From: a virus
Taxonomy: Duplodnaviria; Caudoviricetes
DNA length: 35,254 bases
Strand: one strand, 5' to 3'
Virus record (IMG/VR): IMGVR_UViG_3300012031_000039
Location: 1 to 35,254 of that record
The position numbers and the translations under genes are program-made. This document shows, piece by piece, positions 1-10,884 of the stretch; position 1 is the first letter of the stretch; every line of letters begins with the position of its first letter. The notes under the pieces were generated by a model. It was not told the DNA's origin and searched no databases. It worked only from the letters and a program-made list of their open reading frames with translations.

Positions 1-1828
1 AAATAATATTTGACATAGAGTCTCCTTTTATGTTTTCAAATTCATCAGAATGCCCAGCTTTAGCTGAAATTATAGGTAGTCTAATTCTATTTCTTATACC
101 AGTAGCATATAGAATATCAGTGTTTGATACGTTGTAGTAATCAATTTGAACTGTGTTTTTGTGTTTTTCTCTAATGTATATCTTCTCAGAAATGTATTTA
201 ACAGTTTCAAAAGATGGATGAGTCATTTCTATTTGAACATTTATAGTCTCATTTACATATTGAGACATGTCTAAAAAGAATTCAAATACTTCGTACTTCT
301 GTCTGTTGAACACAGTATTCACAACTACGTTTGTTTCACTTCCTATATGAGCTTGATCTATAACTAAGACATCAGCATTCTTAGACTCATCGAAGATTAT
401 TGATTTTATTTGATAAAATGCGTTGTTTATACTAATCCAAACACCAACTCTTGCAAATTCAGGTAGAAAACCATTTAAAGTATAGTCTTCACCTGTATCT
501 AACCCTGTATCAAAGTCATAAATGTTACCACCAATAAAATAAACACCAGACATGTTATCACCAATGTTGTATTTTATAGCATCCCTTGAGTCTTTTCTAC
601 CTATGAAACTTGTTCTTTTTACTACTTGTAAGTTATCGTACGATCCATTTTTCTTTACTGCTTTGGCTTCAATCTCTTTGAAATTAGATTTTAACTGCGT
701 CGTTATTACATCTTGCGTTTCAAAAAGCTGTTTTTCACAGTACGCTAAATTTGGATCAATCGCATAAAACTCATCACTCAGTGAATTTTCATCATTCTTA
801 AAATCACCCTCATCGCTTCTAAGAGCATATCTTATAGAGTTAGACTTACTCACATGGTGATATGGTGTTACTACACCAGTAGCATTCTCTACAGTTATCT
901 GCTTAGTGACTATGCAACCTAGATTTCTAACTCTTATTGTATATGAGCCGTCTTGTATTCCTGTAAAAACATTAGTGAGTCTCCAATTCATGCCATCTAT
1001 TGAATATTGAACATCTAGAGATCTGTTAGGTGTGTAGTCAACTGTTATAGTAGATCCATTTGGTGAGCTAACTATGCGCACTTCAAAATCATCTGTCATA
1101 AAAGTAGGGACCATGTTTCTAAGAGTTGATCTTGTAGCTATTTGCCCCGTATTGTCAAAGCAGTTTACTGTGAAAGACTGGCCTCTAGGTATTTCAAAAT
1201 AAATAGGGTTCTCAGTATTATTGTTCTTAACTATCGTAGGTCCTACACTCTGGACACTGTAAGAAGATGCTAACTGAGATGTTTCTACTTCTACTCTGTA
1301 ATGTGAACAGTTAGAATTGTCAACACTTTCTACTATTGAAAGTCTATCTATAGTAAAAACTAAACCTTGAAAATTAGTTATTAAAAAAGTAACATCTGTG
1401 TTGTCTTCACCACCTGTTGAAATACTGTCTATAGGTTCACCATTACTATCTGTTATTACTTCGCCAGGACTATCATTTGGGTTTAAATTTATTGTAACAG
1501 TAGCATCTCTGCTGAAAGTGTTTGAAAAGTCAATGTTTGGTGAAGTACAGAAAATAGTTACTGTTCTACCAGACCTAGAAATAGAATATGGACCAGTATT
1601 TGCAAAATCTAATTGAAAAGCAGCTACAAAGTTTATAGCAGTTCTTTCGCCTGCAACAGAAGTACTTTGACCTCTTTGAACTTGGTTAGGTCTAGATCTT
1701 ATTGAAACAACTTCATAATTCATAAGGTTTATGAAAAATGGTTCAGTAGAAGAAGCTCTAAAGCCAAAAATCTGACCTAAGTCTAAGTCTCTAGTAAAAC
1801 TAACTACTATTTTAGAAAAATTACTCAT
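1..1828 (-). CDS. Virion tail/structural protein, 3'-truncated at the window edge
   Basis: Missing from the ORF track, probably because it runs off the window. ATG at 1828, 4 nt after the previous stop, reads MSNFSKIVVSFTRDLDLGQIFGFRASS...; the frame is open where I translated it (start, ~890-1020, last codons ...NIKGDSMSNII). Lies two genes after the tape measure. Confidence 0.75.
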   Translation of the reverse strand, partial: MSNFSKIVVSFTRDLDLGQIFGFRASSTEPFFINLMNYEVVSIRSRPNQVQRGQSTSVAGERTAINFVAAFQLDFANTGPYSISRSGRTVTIFCTSPNIDFSNTFSRDATVTINLNPNDSPGEVITDSNGEPIDSISTGGEDNTDVTFLITNFQGLVFTIDRLSIVESVDNSNCSHYRVEVETSQLASSYSVQSVGPTIVKNNNTENPIYFEIPRGQSFTVNCFDNTGQIATRSTLRNMVPTFMTDDFEVRIVSSPNGSTITVDYTPNRSLDVQYSIDGMNWRLTNVFTGIQDGSYTIRVRNLGCIVTKQITVENATGVVTPYHHVSKSNSIRYALRSDEGDFKNDENSLSDEFYAIDPNLAYCEKQLFETQDVITTQLKSNFKEIEAKAVKKNGSYDNLQVVKRTSFIGRKDSRDAIKYNIGDNMSGVYFIGGNIYDFDTGLDTGEDYTLNGFLPEFARVGVWISINNAFYQIKSIIFDESKNADVLVIDQAHIGSETNVVVNTVFNRQKYEVFEFFLDMSQYVNETINVQIEMTHPSFETVKYISEKIYIREKHKNTVQIDYYNVSNTDILYATGIRNRIRLPIISAKAGHSDEFENIKGDSMSNII

Positions 1829-1832
1829 ATTT

Positions 1833-4103
1833 TTATCTGTTAGCTTTTAATAGTTTCCATTTCCCAGACTTGTTTGGTTTCAAATTTAATAAATAACCTC
1901 TTTCTATCTGTCCTTTTTCATTCATAAATTCAATAAGTCCATAAAGTCTAGGGATTTTTATACCTAAAATAGTCACATGGCTTTCTATTAATTGTATTAA
2001 TTCATCATCTACTTCGTACTCAAATTCTATTTCTTCTGGTTTGAACCTAGCTTGTTGCAAATCAGAGTTTCTAATATTTCCATTCTCAGCATATTCTTTG
2101 CCTCCAATCTGCTTCATTGACACTGAGCTGTTTCCAGTAGAACTGCCATACTTTATGAATTTACTTGGGTATTCTCTAAGCCCAGCATTTAGCACCCAGC
2201 TATGTCTAAGAAGCATATTAAGAGGTGAATAAAGAAAATTGTAAGATGAGTCAGGATCAAACATTCCAGTAGGTCTAGACTCTAAAACGTCTTGCCATTT
2301 CTTGAGATTTAGTATGCTCTGAGAACCTAAATTAGGTTTTTTACAGTCGTGCATCCACACATCTAGATCTGCTGGGTGGTCTGTGTTTGGGTGCGTGTCA
2401 ACACCTCTTCTTCTTATTATCTCTTCACCATATGGATCAAATCTGTATTTGGCTTTCTTATCATATGTGTTTGCCGTAGCATATATGCAAGTTGAAAAAT
2501 TACTTTTTGTGTTTGTTTCTTCTAAACCCATTACTTCTTCATAGTCTCCACCTTTTTCAGAACCTATTTCAACTTCAGAGTAATACAGCTGCGAAGCTGT
2601 GCTTCTTTTTACTTTTGATACTTGACTATATACAAATTCTCCGTCTATTTCTTTGCCTAGTCTTATTGTCACATTTGGGTTCCAAAAGTATTTCTTATCT
2701 TCAATTCTTATATTCTCACCAAACCCTATGCTTTCAACACCTAAACCTAAATTGTAAGCTGCATCATACGATTCATATGCATCTCTAAATGAAGTTGTAA
2801 ATCTTTTATATAAATCATCTTGGTTTGAGAACCTTCTAATCCAATGACCGTGGCTATTAAGAACAAATGCACCAACACCGTCATTCTCATAGCCAATATC
2901 TGTTCTTCCCAGAAATGAGCTTTTAAAAATGTTTTTTCTAGATGTTATTATACTTATAATTCTATCAAAAAGCTCATATGAAAATACGCCTTTTGTTAAA
3001 GTAGGTCTAAAATAGCTATTTTCTTTTATGCTAAGATTAGCCTCTATGTTTCTAGCAAAACATCTAACACCTGCATTGTTATCTGAGTACATGTCTGATT
3101 TCAAGTAACATTCTAAAGCTAGGCTTTCATTTTCTAATAAGCTTATTTGCCCAGACCAAGAACCTGACATTTGCTTTGTGAACTGTGGAAATGGAAAATC
3201 TACATCTCTAGGTAGCCTTTTAAGGTTTGAGTTATTAAAGCCAGAGTCTAGTTGATCTATTATTGTTCTTGTTTTTACGTTGTAGTTTACACCATCTTGG
3301 TAAGTAACGAGACTAACTTTATAAAAACACCACTGTACATTTTCATACTGTTGGAAAAAAGCATCTAAAGAAAAACTCAAATCAATGTCTAAAATTCTAT
3401 CTCTGTCATTGTTTGCAAAGAACATGATACCTGTAGTTCCTTGGCTTTCCGAAGCATTTGATTGTGGAATAGTACTGTGAGCGTTATCGTGAGACTTTGA
3501 AAATAGATTTAAAGGAATGTTAACTGTACTATTTCTAGTGTTACCAGCGTTGCTTTCTACTCTTGTGTCAGCTTGATTTGCTGAGCTAAGTATATTAAAC
3601 CTAGTATCTAAAAAAACTCGTCTTCCTGATAACTCTAATTCTCTTATGTTTAGCTGCTCTAAAGCATTACCTTCTAGATCTTCGAGCGTTTCTATTTCTA
3701 TCTTCTCACCTCTTCTTGACTTTAGAGTTTTCTCAAGATCACTAGAGTTGAATTTTATAGTCACCCCTCCATCTTCTTCACCCCACTCTGACATGTCTAA
3801 TTCACCTGAGTATCTATTCACCCATTTTTCTTCTTGGTCCTTAGTTTGCTTAGTTAGCTTTATTCTAGCATTTATGCCGTGTAGACTTCGTATTAAATTT
3901 ATGAATTCCCTAGCCTCATCATAGAACTTTATATTGTTTGAGAATTTAGCAAATATGCCATCATAGTCTTTATTTCTAGCATACTCTTTGTCATCATCGT
4001 CCCAACCTTCTAGCATTGACTCATCTACTATCTTAGGTGGAAAACCCCTATAGTACATAGTATATCTGACTCTATCGTTATATGCTGGATTTACATTTCC
4101 CAT
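1833..4103 (-). CDS. Tail protein (distal tail/baseplate hub-like), 756 aa
   Basis: Long ORF directly after the tape measure gene. Function assigned from synteny only. Confidence 0.65.
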   Translation of the reverse strand: MGNVNPAYNDRVRYTMYYRGFPPKIVDESMLEGWDDDDKEYARNKDYDGIFAKFSNNIKFYDEAREFINLIRSLHGINARIKLTKQTKDQEEKWVNRYSGELDMSEWGEEDGGVTIKFNSSDLEKTLKSRRGEKIEIETLEDLEGNALEQLNIRELELSGRRVFLDTRFNILSSANQADTRVESNAGNTRNSTVNIPLNLFSKSHDNAHSTIPQSNASESQGTTGIMFFANNDRDRILDIDLSFSLDAFFQQYENVQWCFYKVSLVTYQDGVNYNVKTRTIIDQLDSGFNNSNLKRLPRDVDFPFPQFTKQMSGSWSGQISLLENESLALECYLKSDMYSDNNAGVRCFARNIEANLSIKENSYFRPTLTKGVFSYELFDRIISIITSRKNIFKSSFLGRTDIGYENDGVGAFVLNSHGHWIRRFSNQDDLYKRFTTSFRDAYESYDAAYNLGLGVESIGFGENIRIEDKKYFWNPNVTIRLGKEIDGEFVYSQVSKVKRSTASQLYYSEVEIGSEKGGDYEEVMGLEETNTKSNFSTCIYATANTYDKKAKYRFDPYGEEIIRRRGVDTHPNTDHPADLDVWMHDCKKPNLGSQSILNLKKWQDVLESRPTGMFDPDSSYNFLYSPLNMLLRHSWVLNAGLREYPSKFIKYGSSTGNSSVSMKQIGGKEYAENGNIRNSDLQQARFKPEEIEFEYEVDDELIQLIESHVTILGIKIPRLYGLIEFMNEKGQIERGYLLNLKPNKSGKWKLLKANR

Positions 4104-7100
4104 TTATACGTCCCAATCTGTATTTTTAGCTCTAAAAAGCTGGTGGTTAAAATCATTGTTTTTAGACTTTTCCTGTCTACTGTTTTGCCTTCTTATTTCT
4201 TTTCTGTTTAGTCTAAGCTCTTCAACTACATCAGAATTGTCTGTACTCACAAATAGGTTTTGTTCAAACTCACCTATTCTACTCATTTGATTTATAAATG
4301 ATGAGTCTATGAGATCCATCTTCATTTTATCGAAATTGTTTTTCCCATAGCCTTCTTGAGAATAAACTTGAGTGCCTTTTGCTAGATCTAAAACAGCTCT
4401 TTCTCTTTGAATAAACGGTTTTTTACCTGGTTCTTTTATTATCTCTGGAAGCACTTCAGCTACTTCTGCAGCGCCACCTCTGTGGTTACCTGTACCATAT
4501 CTATATTTTGGTATTGGTCTCGCTAGAACAGCTGCAATCTGTGCTAAACCTAGCGAACCAGCTAAAATAGAAAGAGGTAATCCTAATATGGGACCTGCAC
4601 CAATTGGAGGTGGTGCTAATGCACCAATTACAGCTTGCGCTGTTGTTATACCTATGCTAAAAATCGCTGTAGCTTTAGCTACTTTCGCTGCTTTTTCTTG
4701 TTCTTTTCTTTTTCTCTGTTCTAATACTTGCCTTTTGAGTTCAGCTTCTTCTCTAAGTAAGTCTTGTTGTTCTTGATCACCTTCTGCAAGCTGTATTTGG
4801 TCTTCATAGTATTCTTGCTGAGCGTCTATTTGTTCATCGATTCTACTGACATTTTCTTGAAAAACACTTTGGAAAATATCACCAACTACTGCAGCGGCTG
4901 AACCTATTTGGTTGAGTGTTCTATTTACTTTTAAGAACTTATCTACTACAGCATCTCCTGTTTCTTCTGCTTTATTTAGAAAAGAGTCTAATAGTGAAGC
5001 TATATTTCCAGCATCTACATTTAGAGAAGCTGCTATGTTTTGAGAAGCATTTAGAATTATACTGTTTTTTATTTCTTGCAGCCTCTGCTCAGCTTCTGCT
5101 TGTCTTTCAGCATTATCTATAGCATTTGCAGTTACTTCATCACTTAGAGCCATCTTAGTAGCTGCTAACATTTCTTCTAAAGAAGCTCTTTGTTCAGGAT
5201 TGAGCAAAGGGTTTTTAAGTTCCGCCTCAATGGCATTCACTGCGTCACTCAACCTTTGCTCTGCTCCTTCTGTTCTTATTCTTGTGATAGCTTCTTCAAA
5301 TTGACGAATTCTTATAAGTCTCTGCGTATTGTTTAAATTACCACTTTCTAGTTCTTTTGTGAGAGCTTCTTGTTCTTTTGTAATCCTATCATCAATAGCT
5401 TTTTGCTCTATAGCATTTCTTTTGTCTAGTCTTTCTTTAGTATTATTGAAACTGTCTTTGAGTATTTTTTCAGTCTCACTTTCTCTAGTTCTTATTATAC
5501 TGTTAAAGTTACCACTAAATTCTAATTCTATTCTTTCAATTTCATCTGCTCTACCTTTAGCATTTGATATTGCAAAGTCTCTTTCGAACTCAAGTAGTTT
5601 TATAGATGTTGAAACAAAGTCAAAGAGTGACTGTAGTCTTTTTCCAACGCTCTCTTTGTCATTATCAACTATTAGTTTGTCATCTTCTATCTCAGCTTTT
5701 AACTGAGCTTTTTTCAAATTAAACTTATCAGAAAGAAGTTGCTCTCTAAAAGCTTCTGCTTCTTTGAGTCTTCTTTCTCTATTTTTCTTATTCTCAACGT
5801 CTACTTTCTTTTCTTCTTCAGCTTCTTTGATCCTGTTTTGCTTATCAAGTTCTTGAATACTTTCGTTGAGTTCTTTATTTTCATTTATGATCTGCTCATT
5901 AGCTAACCTTAAATTGTTTACTTGGTTCTTGTATTGCACTTTGAGGTTAGAAGAAGTTTCTTCAGCTCTTTCAGCTGCTACATCATTACCGTAGAAACTA
6001 GATCTGTCAGCTATTTCTCTTAATTTTAAAGCTTCTTTCTCAGCAATTTCAACCTTGTCTTTAGAGTCTTTTTCAAGTTGTTCTATTAGGTTCCTATTTG
6101 CTGTGAGCTGCATAGTATTTATTTCAGCAATACTGTTCAGTTTTTTAGTTTTAGCTTGTATCTCTTCCTTATCTAGTTTTTCTGAGTCTCCTTCTTGGGC
6201 TTTCCTAAGAGCAAATTCATCTTCTACTTCTTTTAACTGAGCAGCTGCAAACTTTCTACTGCTTTCAGCTGTTTCTTCTAGTGATTTTTTTCTAGCTTCA
6301 ATGTTATCGTTTATTTTCTTCTGAATTCTTTCATTTTCTGAAAGTTCATCATTAAAGACTTTATAAGCTACTACTACAGCTGCTAGTAGACCTAATATTA
6401 ATCCCCAAGGTGTAGCTGACATAACTACGTTGAGTGATCCTTGTGCTAGCGCTGCAGTTCTAACTGCAGCTGCTTGGGCTAAAACTGCTTTTCTACCTAC
6501 ACCTGTAGCTAAAGCGAATTTAAGCTCAGCTGCGATAGCTGCACCTTTTAATGCACTAAATGCAGCTGTTGTTAAATTCACAGCTTTCATAACTCCAATG
6601 TAAGCTAGTAGAACTGCTGTGTATTTTACAAATGTATTTACTATAGTATCTAAATTGTCTCTAACGAACTTAAGAGCATTTGCTATTTTAGCTGTTATAC
6701 TGTTAGCATCATCAGTCTTAAGAACATATGCAGCCCATCTATCATTGATGTCACCAATTATAGAAGAGACACTCTCTGTAGCGGCTTCTACTTCTTGAGT
6801 AAGAGCTAAATTGTTTTCATATTCTGCTGTGGCTAGTTCAACTGAGTTTGCTAAAAGATCATAGTTAGAAGCTAAAGATCCTATAACTGTTACAGCCCTT
6901 GTTTCTACAATACCTACTTCTTGAAGCACAGCATTTAAGCTTTTACCTTCGTCTTTTGCATTCGCTAAACCTTTTACGAATTTAGTGAATACTTTAGTTG
7001 AGTCTTCACTAAATTGTTTACTTAATTCAGCTTGAGTTAAATTAGTCAAAGCTAAAATCTGCTCTAAGTTTTTACCTGTAGATACAGCAGACTCTATGAC

Positions 7101-8675
7101 TCTAAATGTTTTCTGTATTGCAGTTCTAGAGGTGTCAGCTTCATTTCCTAAAGCTGAAGTAGCAGCACCTAAACCTAAAACACCTTCAGCAGATGCTTCA
7201 TATATAGATAAGCCTTTTTGTATTTCAGTTGCATTGCTTAATACTTTAGACTCAGTGGTTGCAAAATTGTTACCTAAAACTGTCATAACTGAGGCTAATC
7301 TATCAGCGTTCTCAAAGCTATCTGATGAAACTTCAATGAACTGTGCGAAGTTCTGAACCTGCTCATCTGATATTATGTCAGATGTTAATTTAAGTTTCTC
7401 TATAGACTCAGCAAATCTTAAAATGTTTCCAGTCCCCTTAACACCAAGTTGACCTGCTATCTCTGATGATTTAAGTAAACCATCTACAGAAACACCGTTT
7501 AGCCTGTCGCCTAGTTCTACAACTTCTCTACCAAAATTCTTAAGATCATCTCCTGCTATGTTTGTTGTTTTACCAACAGCAATCAACTGTCTATCAAAAT
7601 CAACGACTGTTTGAAATGAGTCTCTTATAACACCAAATACAACTCTTACACCTTCTACTATTCCTAATACTGGAAGAAGTTGTTTAATACCAGTAGCAAT
7701 TGCTTTAAACTGTCCAGGGTAATTTCCTACATTTTCTTGAAACTGATTTGTACTGTTTTTTACTTCTTTTACAGCTTTGTCATATTTCTCAAATGCTCTT
7801 ACAGACTCTAGGATTTCTTTTTGCTCTTTATTGCTTAGTTTTTCACCTAGAACTAACTTAGCTTGATATTCTTGTACTGACTTAAGAGCTTGGTTTCTCT
7901 TAAGTGTAAGTCTACCCATAGCAGTTAGACTAGCTTTTATTTCTCTTCTTTCATCTGAAAGAGCTTTCTGCTCCGCTATCTGCGCTCTAGAAGTGCTTTC
8001 AGTAACTAATAGTCTTTTCCTTTTTGTTGAAATTAAAGACTTTTCTAGTGCGTCCTGTTCTTTCCATACGTTTATTTGAGTCTTAACTTGCCGTGTTTGC
8101 GTTTCTGTAACTTTGTTTTCAGCTGCTAGAGTTTGAAGCTTTTGCCTCGTTAGTCTTTCTTCTGCATTGAGTTGATCAACCATTAGCTTTGAATTTCTAA
8201 GTGACTGTGATCTTACTCTTTCTTTTTCTAAATTTATTTTCTGAAGTCTAGTTTCTAAATCTGCTTGCTCTTTAGATGTTTTTATTTGCTGCTGTTTGAG
8301 CTGCTCTTTTTTCTTTTCTAGATCTGTAAGCTCTTTAGAAGATTTTATTTTCTTACTCTCTAAATCTAAAGCAAGTTTGTCTGTTTTTATAGATTGCTGC
8401 TTTATTTTCTCAGCAGCTATCGCAGCTTTTTCTCTAGCTTTTATAGCATTTGTAGCTTTATTTATAGCTAAAGCTTCTTGGTTTTTAGCATTTTTAAAGT
8501 CCTCAGTAGTTACAGCTTTTTTAAGTTTGTCATACACATCAAACATTTCTTTTGCTGACTCCTTAAGAGCTTTATTACTATCTATAGCTTCATTCACATT
8601 ATTAGCATACTCAGCACCGAACTGTAAAGCGTCGTCTGTGATTAAGTCTTGTCTTGTAATTATACCATCAGCCAT
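4104..8675 (-). CDS. Tail tape measure protein, 1523 aa
   Basis: Very long Ala/Glu/Lys-rich helical protein with a TP901-like core (DFDRQLIAVGKTTN...AGQLGVKG...GNNFATTE), hydrophobic Gly/Ala segments, and tail-module position. Confidence 0.92.
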   Translation of the reverse strand: MADGIITRQDLITDDALQFGAEYANNVNEAIDSNKALKESAKEMFDVYDKLKKAVTTEDFKNAKNQEALAINKATNAIKAREKAAIAAEKIKQQSIKTDKLALDLESKKIKSSKELTDLEKKKEQLKQQQIKTSKEQADLETRLQKINLEKERVRSQSLRNSKLMVDQLNAEERLTRQKLQTLAAENKVTETQTRQVKTQINVWKEQDALEKSLISTKRKRLLVTESTSRAQIAEQKALSDERREIKASLTAMGRLTLKRNQALKSVQEYQAKLVLGEKLSNKEQKEILESVRAFEKYDKAVKEVKNSTNQFQENVGNYPGQFKAIATGIKQLLPVLGIVEGVRVVFGVIRDSFQTVVDFDRQLIAVGKTTNIAGDDLKNFGREVVELGDRLNGVSVDGLLKSSEIAGQLGVKGTGNILRFAESIEKLKLTSDIISDEQVQNFAQFIEVSSDSFENADRLASVMTVLGNNFATTESKVLSNATEIQKGLSIYEASAEGVLGLGAATSALGNEADTSRTAIQKTFRVIESAVSTGKNLEQILALTNLTQAELSKQFSEDSTKVFTKFVKGLANAKDEGKSLNAVLQEVGIVETRAVTVIGSLASNYDLLANSVELATAEYENNLALTQEVEAATESVSSIIGDINDRWAAYVLKTDDANSITAKIANALKFVRDNLDTIVNTFVKYTAVLLAYIGVMKAVNLTTAAFSALKGAAIAAELKFALATGVGRKAVLAQAAAVRTAALAQGSLNVVMSATPWGLILGLLAAVVVAYKVFNDELSENERIQKKINDNIEARKKSLEETAESSRKFAAAQLKEVEDEFALRKAQEGDSEKLDKEEIQAKTKKLNSIAEINTMQLTANRNLIEQLEKDSKDKVEIAEKEALKLREIADRSSFYGNDVAAERAEETSSNLKVQYKNQVNNLRLANEQIINENKELNESIQELDKQNRIKEAEEEKKVDVENKKNRERRLKEAEAFREQLLSDKFNLKKAQLKAEIEDDKLIVDNDKESVGKRLQSLFDFVSTSIKLLEFERDFAISNAKGRADEIERIELEFSGNFNSIIRTRESETEKILKDSFNNTKERLDKRNAIEQKAIDDRITKEQEALTKELESGNLNNTQRLIRIRQFEEAITRIRTEGAEQRLSDAVNAIEAELKNPLLNPEQRASLEEMLAATKMALSDEVTANAIDNAERQAEAEQRLQEIKNSIILNASQNIAASLNVDAGNIASLLDSFLNKAEETGDAVVDKFLKVNRTLNQIGSAAAVVGDIFQSVFQENVSRIDEQIDAQQEYYEDQIQLAEGDQEQQDLLREEAELKRQVLEQRKRKEQEKAAKVAKATAIFSIGITTAQAVIGALAPPPIGAGPILGLPLSILAGSLGLAQIAAVLARPIPKYRYGTGNHRGGAAEVAEVLPEIIKEPGKKPFIQRERAVLDLAKGTQVYSQEGYGKNNFDKMKMDLIDSSFINQMSRIGEFEQNLFVSTDNSDVVEELRLNRKEIRRQNSRQEKSKNNDFNHQLFRAKNTDWDV

Positions 8676-9277
8676 TATGTGCGTCTTTTATTACCTTTTT
8701 TATTGTTTTCGTTCTGCTTTTTTATCTGCTGTATCTTCTGATCAAATAGCTTTTTAAGCGCGTAGAACTGTGTAACTGTTATTTTGTTAGTGTCAAAGTT
8801 TAAACCTACTACTGATGAATACCCTAAAATAACTTCATCTATGTTTTGTGCTTTGTCTTTTGAGTCTTTTTCTTTTTTAGGTAATTTAGCGGCTTGTTCG
8901 TTTATCAATAACTGTATTGCTTCAACTTCAACTTCTACCTTATCTAGATCTGTAGTGTAGGATTGCTCTTTTAATTTAAAACCCTGTGATCTAATTAGGT
9001 TTTCTAGATCTAAGTCTCTCTCAAACCTAAGAGCTTGTACTGTTATTTTTATAGCATTGTACTGTGCTGTATATTTTGTGAACTTTATTAATGTTCCTAA
9101 GAGTTTATCTATGTTATTTTCAGGATCCAACTCATTAAAATCCTTTTCTAAAGTCTTCCAGACTTTTTCTGTATCAAATGCTTCTTTGTTCTCTGTAGAA
9201 AGAAGAGTGTAATCTCCAGTCTTCAGTATTTTAAGAAATAATTTTAAAGGTAATTCATCTAAGGATTTATAAAACAT
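8675..9277 (-). CDS. Probable tail assembly chaperone
   Basis: Immediately upstream of the tape measure with a 1-nt stop/start overlap; helical. Synteny only. Confidence 0.5.
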   Translation of the reverse strand: MFYKSLDELPLKLFLKILKTGDYTLLSTENKEAFDTEKVWKTLEKDFNELDPENNIDKLLGTLIKFTKYTAQYNAIKITVQALRFERDLDLENLIRSQGFKLKEQSYTTDLDKVEVEVEAIQLLINEQAAKLPKKEKDSKDKAQNIDEVILGYSSVVGLNFDTNKITVTQFYALKKLFDQKIQQIKKQNENNKKGNKRRT

Positions 9278-9307
9278 TTTGCCATTGATTTAACACAGCC
9301 AACAGTT

Positions 9308-9784
9308 CTAAATACCTAAAGCTTCTCTAGCAACCGATAACATATGTGGTTTTATTTGTTCTTGTATCACTGAGAATTTATTTTCTTGTGTGAGACCAAA
9401 AAAGCTTTTACTTAATAACCTAACATTTGATAAAATATCATCTAACTTAGGATCTGATGAGCCAAAATTGATAAAATCTCTTGATACTTTTGCGAAAATA
9501 CTTGGAAGAAATATATTTTTATCTTTAAAGTCGTAAGGTTCACCTTCTCCTTTTATTCTACTTGATCCACCCAACAGTGCATCATTTGTAGTAATAAATT
9601 CGGTGGCTCTAGAGTAGTACCCTAGAGGATCACCGAATATATCTACACTTTTTTCAAATATTTGATCTCTGTTTAGCTCAGCCAAAAGAGGTTCTATTGA
9701 CTCAACAAAACCAAATAAGAGTTTACTTAGATTTGCTGGAGTCACTGTTTGCGCTTTTCTCAGCTGCTGGTTTAGTGTCCCCAT
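9308..9784 (-). CDS. Putative neck/tail-completion protein
   Basis: 158 aa ORF within the tail module; call by position. Confidence 0.45.
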   Translation of the reverse strand: MGTLNQQLRKAQTVTPANLSKLLFGFVESIEPLLAELNRDQIFEKSVDIFGDPLGYYSRATEFITTNDALLGGSSRIKGEGEPYDFKDKNIFLPSIFAKVSRDFINFGSSDPKLDDILSNVRLLSKSFFGLTQENKFSVIQEQIKPHMLSVAREALGI

Positions 9785-9977
9785 CTTTGTAATTTTTTAT
9801 CTCTTCTTTTTGTTTAGCATTTACATTTTCACCTGTTACAGCTTTGAATGCATCTGCTAAATCTTTTCTACCAAATACTTTAAAGTGACTACTCAAGAAC
9901 TCTTGAAAAGTAGGATTGTAGTCACTTCTAAAAGTAGTATTTTTGAAGCTCTTAGCTTCTTGTTTTTGCTTTGACAT
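9723..9977 (-). CDS. Hypothetical protein (tail module)
   Basis: 84 aa, starts just after the major tail stop and overlaps the next gene by 62 nt. Confidence 0.55.
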   Translation of the reverse strand: MSKQKQEAKSFKNTTFRSDYNPTFQEFLSSHFKVFGRKDLADAFKAVTGENVNAKQKEEIKNYKDGDTKPAAEKSANSDSSKSK

Positions 9978-9983
9978 ATCTAA

Positions 9984-10871
9984 TTAGATTGTGAAGCTTG
10001 CACCTTGATTGTCTTCAAACATTGCTAAAGACTCTACAACAACTTCTGTTAATAGCTTACCTGAAACTAGACCTGAAGTTACAAACGTATATAAGTTTGC
10101 ATCATCTCCATTTCCAACAGTTACACTACTCAAAGCAGAAGTTTGATCGTCTCCGTTCTCTCTTTCTGCTTTAAAGTTTGCCAATGCTAAACCTGTCTTT
10201 TTAACTCCGTCGCAACCAGATGTTACTCTAGCTACAATTGACGTAGCCGTAGGTGTGCCAACGATTTGAACTTGTAAAGGGTATACACCTTTATAGCCTT
10301 CTACATCAAAATCAGGTGTTACAATTGCACCAGAAAGAGTCAACTCTTTAGGGTTTTTGTAAACAATATCAACTACAGTTGATTGAGGATCACCTTCAAT
10401 AACTGGTTCGATAATGTCACCGACTAAGAAACTAGAAAGAGATTGCCCTTGAACACTTCCATCAGCATTTTGAACACCTTTGATGTCTCCATCTGCAGTG
10501 AATTCATAAATACGAGTGTAAGAACTACCTTCATAGGATTGTAATGCTCCATGAGAACACAATCCTAAGTGATGCGTAAATGTTACGCCTTTTCTTGCTT
10601 CTTTTGTTTTTACTTTCAAAGTTCTACTTTCAAAGTAAGTAGGTTCAACGTTAGCTAGCGCTGAGCTCTCTACAGAGAACATAACGACAACATCTTTAGC
10701 TTGTTTAGCTGAGTCCCATGCTAATTTGCTTCTAAAAGCTGCTAAGCTTGCAAATTTCTGGTCTTCAGTTGCTAAAGCGTAACCTACTGTAGGGCCGTAC
10801 AAACACTGTTTGCCAACTCCTGTATTTAGTGGAGTGTTACTATCTCCACATCTATCTATTACTACATTCAT
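9984..10871 (-). CDS. Major tail (tube) protein
   Basis: 295 aa, Gly/Val/Thr/Ser-rich, between head-tail genes and tape measure; possible C-terminal Ig-like domain. Confidence 0.7.
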   Translation of the reverse strand: MNVVIDRCGDSNTPLNTGVGKQCLYGPTVGYALATEDQKFASLAAFRSKLAWDSAKQAKDVVVMFSVESSALANVEPTYFESRTLKVKTKEARKGVTFTHHLGLCSHGALQSYEGSSYTRIYEFTADGDIKGVQNADGSVQGQSLSSFLVGDIIEPVIEGDPQSTVVDIVYKNPKELTLSGAIVTPDFDVEGYKGVYPLQVQIVGTPTATSIVARVTSGCDGVKKTGLALANFKAERENGDDQTSALSSVTVGNGDDANLYTFVTSGLVSGKLLTEVVVESLAMFEDNQGASFTI

Positions 10872-10884
10872 AGTTTTAGGTTTT

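Noticed and set aside
9308-9977. Tail-chaperone -1 programmed frameshift between the overlapping 84-aa and 158-aa ORFs
   Set aside because: The downstream ORF is in the +1 frame, has its own ATG, and has a TAA a few codons upstream of it.
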